From Pocillopora damicornis (taxonomy: Eukaryota): a stretch of DNA of 64,000 nt. Made by a program: the position numbers and the translations under genes. Under the pieces are notes generated by a model. That model saw only the letters and a program-made list of their open reading frames with translations. It was not told the DNA's origin and searched no databases. Shown here in pieces: positions 61,083 to 64,000 of this stretch (position 1 is its first letter; each line of letters starts with the position of its first letter). The stretch covers positions 186,001 through 250,000 of the forward strand of contig NW_020843442.1 of NCBI RefSeq assembly GCF_003704095.1, written 5' to 3'.

Positions 61083-63252
61083 TGTCGAACCTAAGATATC
61101 AGCTATAGTGGTTGACGCTTACGGAACTGACTGACTGAGTAATGAGCCCAGAATTAGCGTTTCCTTGAGATGAGACAGCTGGAGTAGCTAAGGCATACGT
61201 CCCCTATGGGTGACCAGGATCTCAGTTCTCATCACAATATCACCCTCGAATCAAACATTAAGGTTACGAGAATAAAAAGAAATGATCACTGACTGAAGAA
61301 GCTCGTGATTGTTAAACAAATTTTCCTTGTCAGTACCTTAAGAAATNNNNNNNNNNNNNNNNNNNNNNNNNNNNNNNNNNNNNNNNNNNNNNNNNNNNNN
61401 NNNNNNNNNNNNNNNNNNNNNNNNNNNNNNNNNNNNNNNNNNNNNNNNNTAAAGAATAATGAAGGAGACAAGATATAAACGTAGTTTGATTTTCACTTGT
61501 TTGTTTATCTCAAAGTTTGGTGTTTTCGTTTTACGACTCAGCTTTTTTAAACAGAGAAGAAACGCTAATAATACCAGCTGACGTCAGTTTCTTGCGATAT
61601 TGAGATGAATAGTTTGATGTCTGACCGCCAGTATAAAAGCGAGGGTAAATTAGAAGAAAGGAATAAATCTTGTAGAGCCGATGAGAACGCAAAGTAAAAC
61701 GAGCAAACTGTTTAAGCGCGGGAAATTGACATTAATGACCAGTCGTGGGCGGTGGATTTTCAACATGCGACATTCCAGTCTCTTATCAGAATGTAATGGG
61801 GGCTGGTCTTAATTTCCCGCCTGAAGGACAGGGGAGGGGAGAGGTGGTTTGAATGATTTTGGTTACGTTGCGGTAAAATTTACCTGATCTCCCCTTCCCC
61901 CCCCCCCCNNNNNNNNNNNNNNNNNNNNNNNNNNNNNNNNNNNNNNNNNNNNNNNNNNNNNNNNNNNNNNNNNNNNNNNNNNNNNNNNNNNNNNNNNNNN
62001 NNNNNNNNTCCGATAACCTTCCTGATCAAGTGAAAGTTACGTACGAAGATTAACCATGGGATATGTAACCTAAAGTTAGATGGGTTAGCATGTGATAAGT
62101 TAGATATACATGTGCACAGGGAGAGGCCAGTTTTTATTTATCCCTAATGGGTGAAGGAGTGGAGTAATATAAGGGAAATCACATGGTTTTCATCACTTTG
62201 ACTGCCAATCAACTGCCAATGATGGAGGATTAAAAGAATAACACAAAGCCTTAAGGGGGGGGAGGGGCGGGGATCAGGTAAATTTTTGCCGCAACGTAAC
62301 CAAAATCATTCAACCCACCCCACCCCTCCCCCCCCTCCGTCCTCCAGGCGAGAGATGTAATCAATAGGATTGTGCCATGAAAGGAAGAAGTACTAAATAA
62401 GACTTAATTTTAGGGGAAATGTAAGTTATAATTTGTTTTGGGATGCAGTTGAGTTAATTGTATTTTCTTAATGGAGTAGTTTTCACTTTAATATTAAAAG
62501 TAATCTGGGATTGCATTGGTATTGTTTTACTCTCCTCTGACTGGTCCAGAAAAATCGCGTCAGTCTTGCAACCAATCAGATCTGCAAAACGAAGACCCAC
62601 CGCCCACAACTGGCCACTGGTGTCAACTTCCCACGCTTAAACAGTTTGCTCGTTTTACTTTGAGTTCTCATTGACTCTTCTCATTTACCCTCGCTTTTAC
62701 ACTGGTGGTCAGACATCAAACTATTCATCTCGATATCGCAAGAAACTGGCAGCTGGTATTATCAGCGTTTATTCTCTGTTTAAAAAAAGCTGAATCATAA
62801 AACGAAGTCACCAAACTTTGAGGTAATCAAACAAGTGAAAATCAAACTACGTTTATATCTTGTCTCCTTCATTATTCTTTAGAAAGTTTTGTGTTTATTT
62901 TCTTAGATACCGGTCTAAGCAAAATGAAATCATTTCATAGAGAGTAAACCGTTTACATCCTCATTCTCCATAATGTTCTCTGTACGTCATTTCTTAAGGT
63001 ACTGACAAGGAAAATTTGTTTAACAATCACGAGCTTCTTCAGGTAATGATGGTTTCTTGTTTTTCTCGTAACCTTAATGTTTGATTCAGGGGCGATATTG
63101 TGATGAGAAATGAGATTCTAGTCACCCATAGGGGACGTATGCCTTAGCTATTCTAGTTGGCACATCTCAAAGAAACGCTAATTCTGGGCTCATTACTCAG
63201 TCAGTCAGTTCCGTAAGCGTTAACCACTATAACTGATATCTCAGGTTCGAAA

Positions 63253-63715
63253 TCTCTCTTCCCTGACGACGATGGTGTTTGATTCAGCAGGAAAGTTTCA
63301 TGCGCCGTTTTGATTGTCGATTAACCGCACCTTACACGGAGCGGAGCCGGGTCGCTCATCACTGATATAGAGATACTGCTAACGGGGGTTTTTAAGAATC
63401 CAAGCCACCACGGATATGGCGGAAAGGGGAGACAAACAGATCCGTGTTGTGAATGAACCATTTAGTAAAGATAAACGGCGCCTATTTGATATCATAAGAA
63501 GTGGTTGTTTTCAGAGGAACTTTCTATCAGTCCCTCTCACTAAAGCTCTGCCAATGCAAAATTTAACATTGTAGTTTGCACAACGAGCCTCAATGGACTG
63601 CATTGGTATCTGGTAGGAGCCAAGGAGGTGCCGAGTCTGCTAATGCCCCTGAGTTTGTCCTTCACACTTCCTTCCAGGAAAAAATTGGACTCTAACAGCA
63701 GAAGATAGCAGAAGG
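63253..63715 (+). pseudogene. Tyrosinase pseudogene fragment, longer copy reaching the CuB region
   Basis: Reverse complement of 60778-61082 with substitutions. It continues into degenerate SLHNE..LHWYLVG...SANAPEFVLHTSFQEKI. Confidence 0.88.
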
Positions 63716-63888
63716 TTGACTTACTCTGTAGGTGAATTAACACAACTAGATCGTCGCTAGTGTTCAGCTTTTTACACCGAATCTTGCACAGATTCTTGGG
63801 TTCCCACTGTGTTACGAAGGAAAGCTTGCAGGGAAGACAGGCAGGCCTCGTCCGAAGGGTGGAACAATATTGGAACAATATTGGAACC

Positions 63889-63999
63889 TTACCAGTAATC
63901 ATCCTCTGATTCATCATATTCACTGCTCTCATCCAACATAAATTCTTCCATGTCCCACAAGTCCCAGTCTGTTTCAGACAGCGAATTTAAGATCTTTTG
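63889..63999 (-). CDS. Possible 3' end (or exon end) of an unknown acidic-tailed ORF entering from the right edge
   Basis: An open frame from the window edge reads QKILNSLSETDWDLWDMEEFMLDESSEYDESEDDYW*. The stop overlaps a GTAAG donor-like site. No recognisable family. Confidence 0.3.
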   Translation of the reverse strand, partial: QKILNSLSETDWDLWDMEEFMLDESSEYDESEDDYW

Positions 64000-64000
64000 C

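Noticed and set aside
62009-62061. 3' end of a second intact tyrosinase gene
   Set aside because: Identical to 59685-59737 and exactly 53 bp like the other gap overlaps, so best explained as the continuation contig of the same gene.

Overview
Eukaryotic, intron-rich, AT-rich animal DNA. Gene content and dispersed repeat families point to a stony coral (Scleractinia); the taxon is an inference. Splicing by hand at GT-AG sites gives these genes in order: exon 1 of an SDR paralogue leaving the window (-); a complete 10-exon classical SDR (-); MRPS6 (+, absent from the ORF track) head-to-head with it; a type II membrane collagen/3xIg/olfactomedin (gliomedin/colmedin-like) gene (+) followed by a decayed copy of its last exon; COQ3 (+); NUS1 (-) head-to-head with ABCB7 (+); two tandem GPR157-like GPCRs (-); and an intronless secreted tyrosinase-like gene (+) followed by two oppositely oriented tyrosinase pseudogene fragments. 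Mobile DNA includes a Penelope-like RT remnant, minimal hammerhead-ribozyme-like motifs, tRNA-containing repeats and several MITE-like families. Bases ~47-64 kb are a mosaic of local duplications and N gaps. Exact 53-bp overlaps at the gaps show that some of that structure is assembly artefact. No demonstrably new biological system can be proven from sequence alone. The best leads are the tyrosinase/inverted-pseudogene locus, the hammerhead motif, a perfect 30-bp hairpin, and the colmedin-like gene with its duplicated terminal exon.
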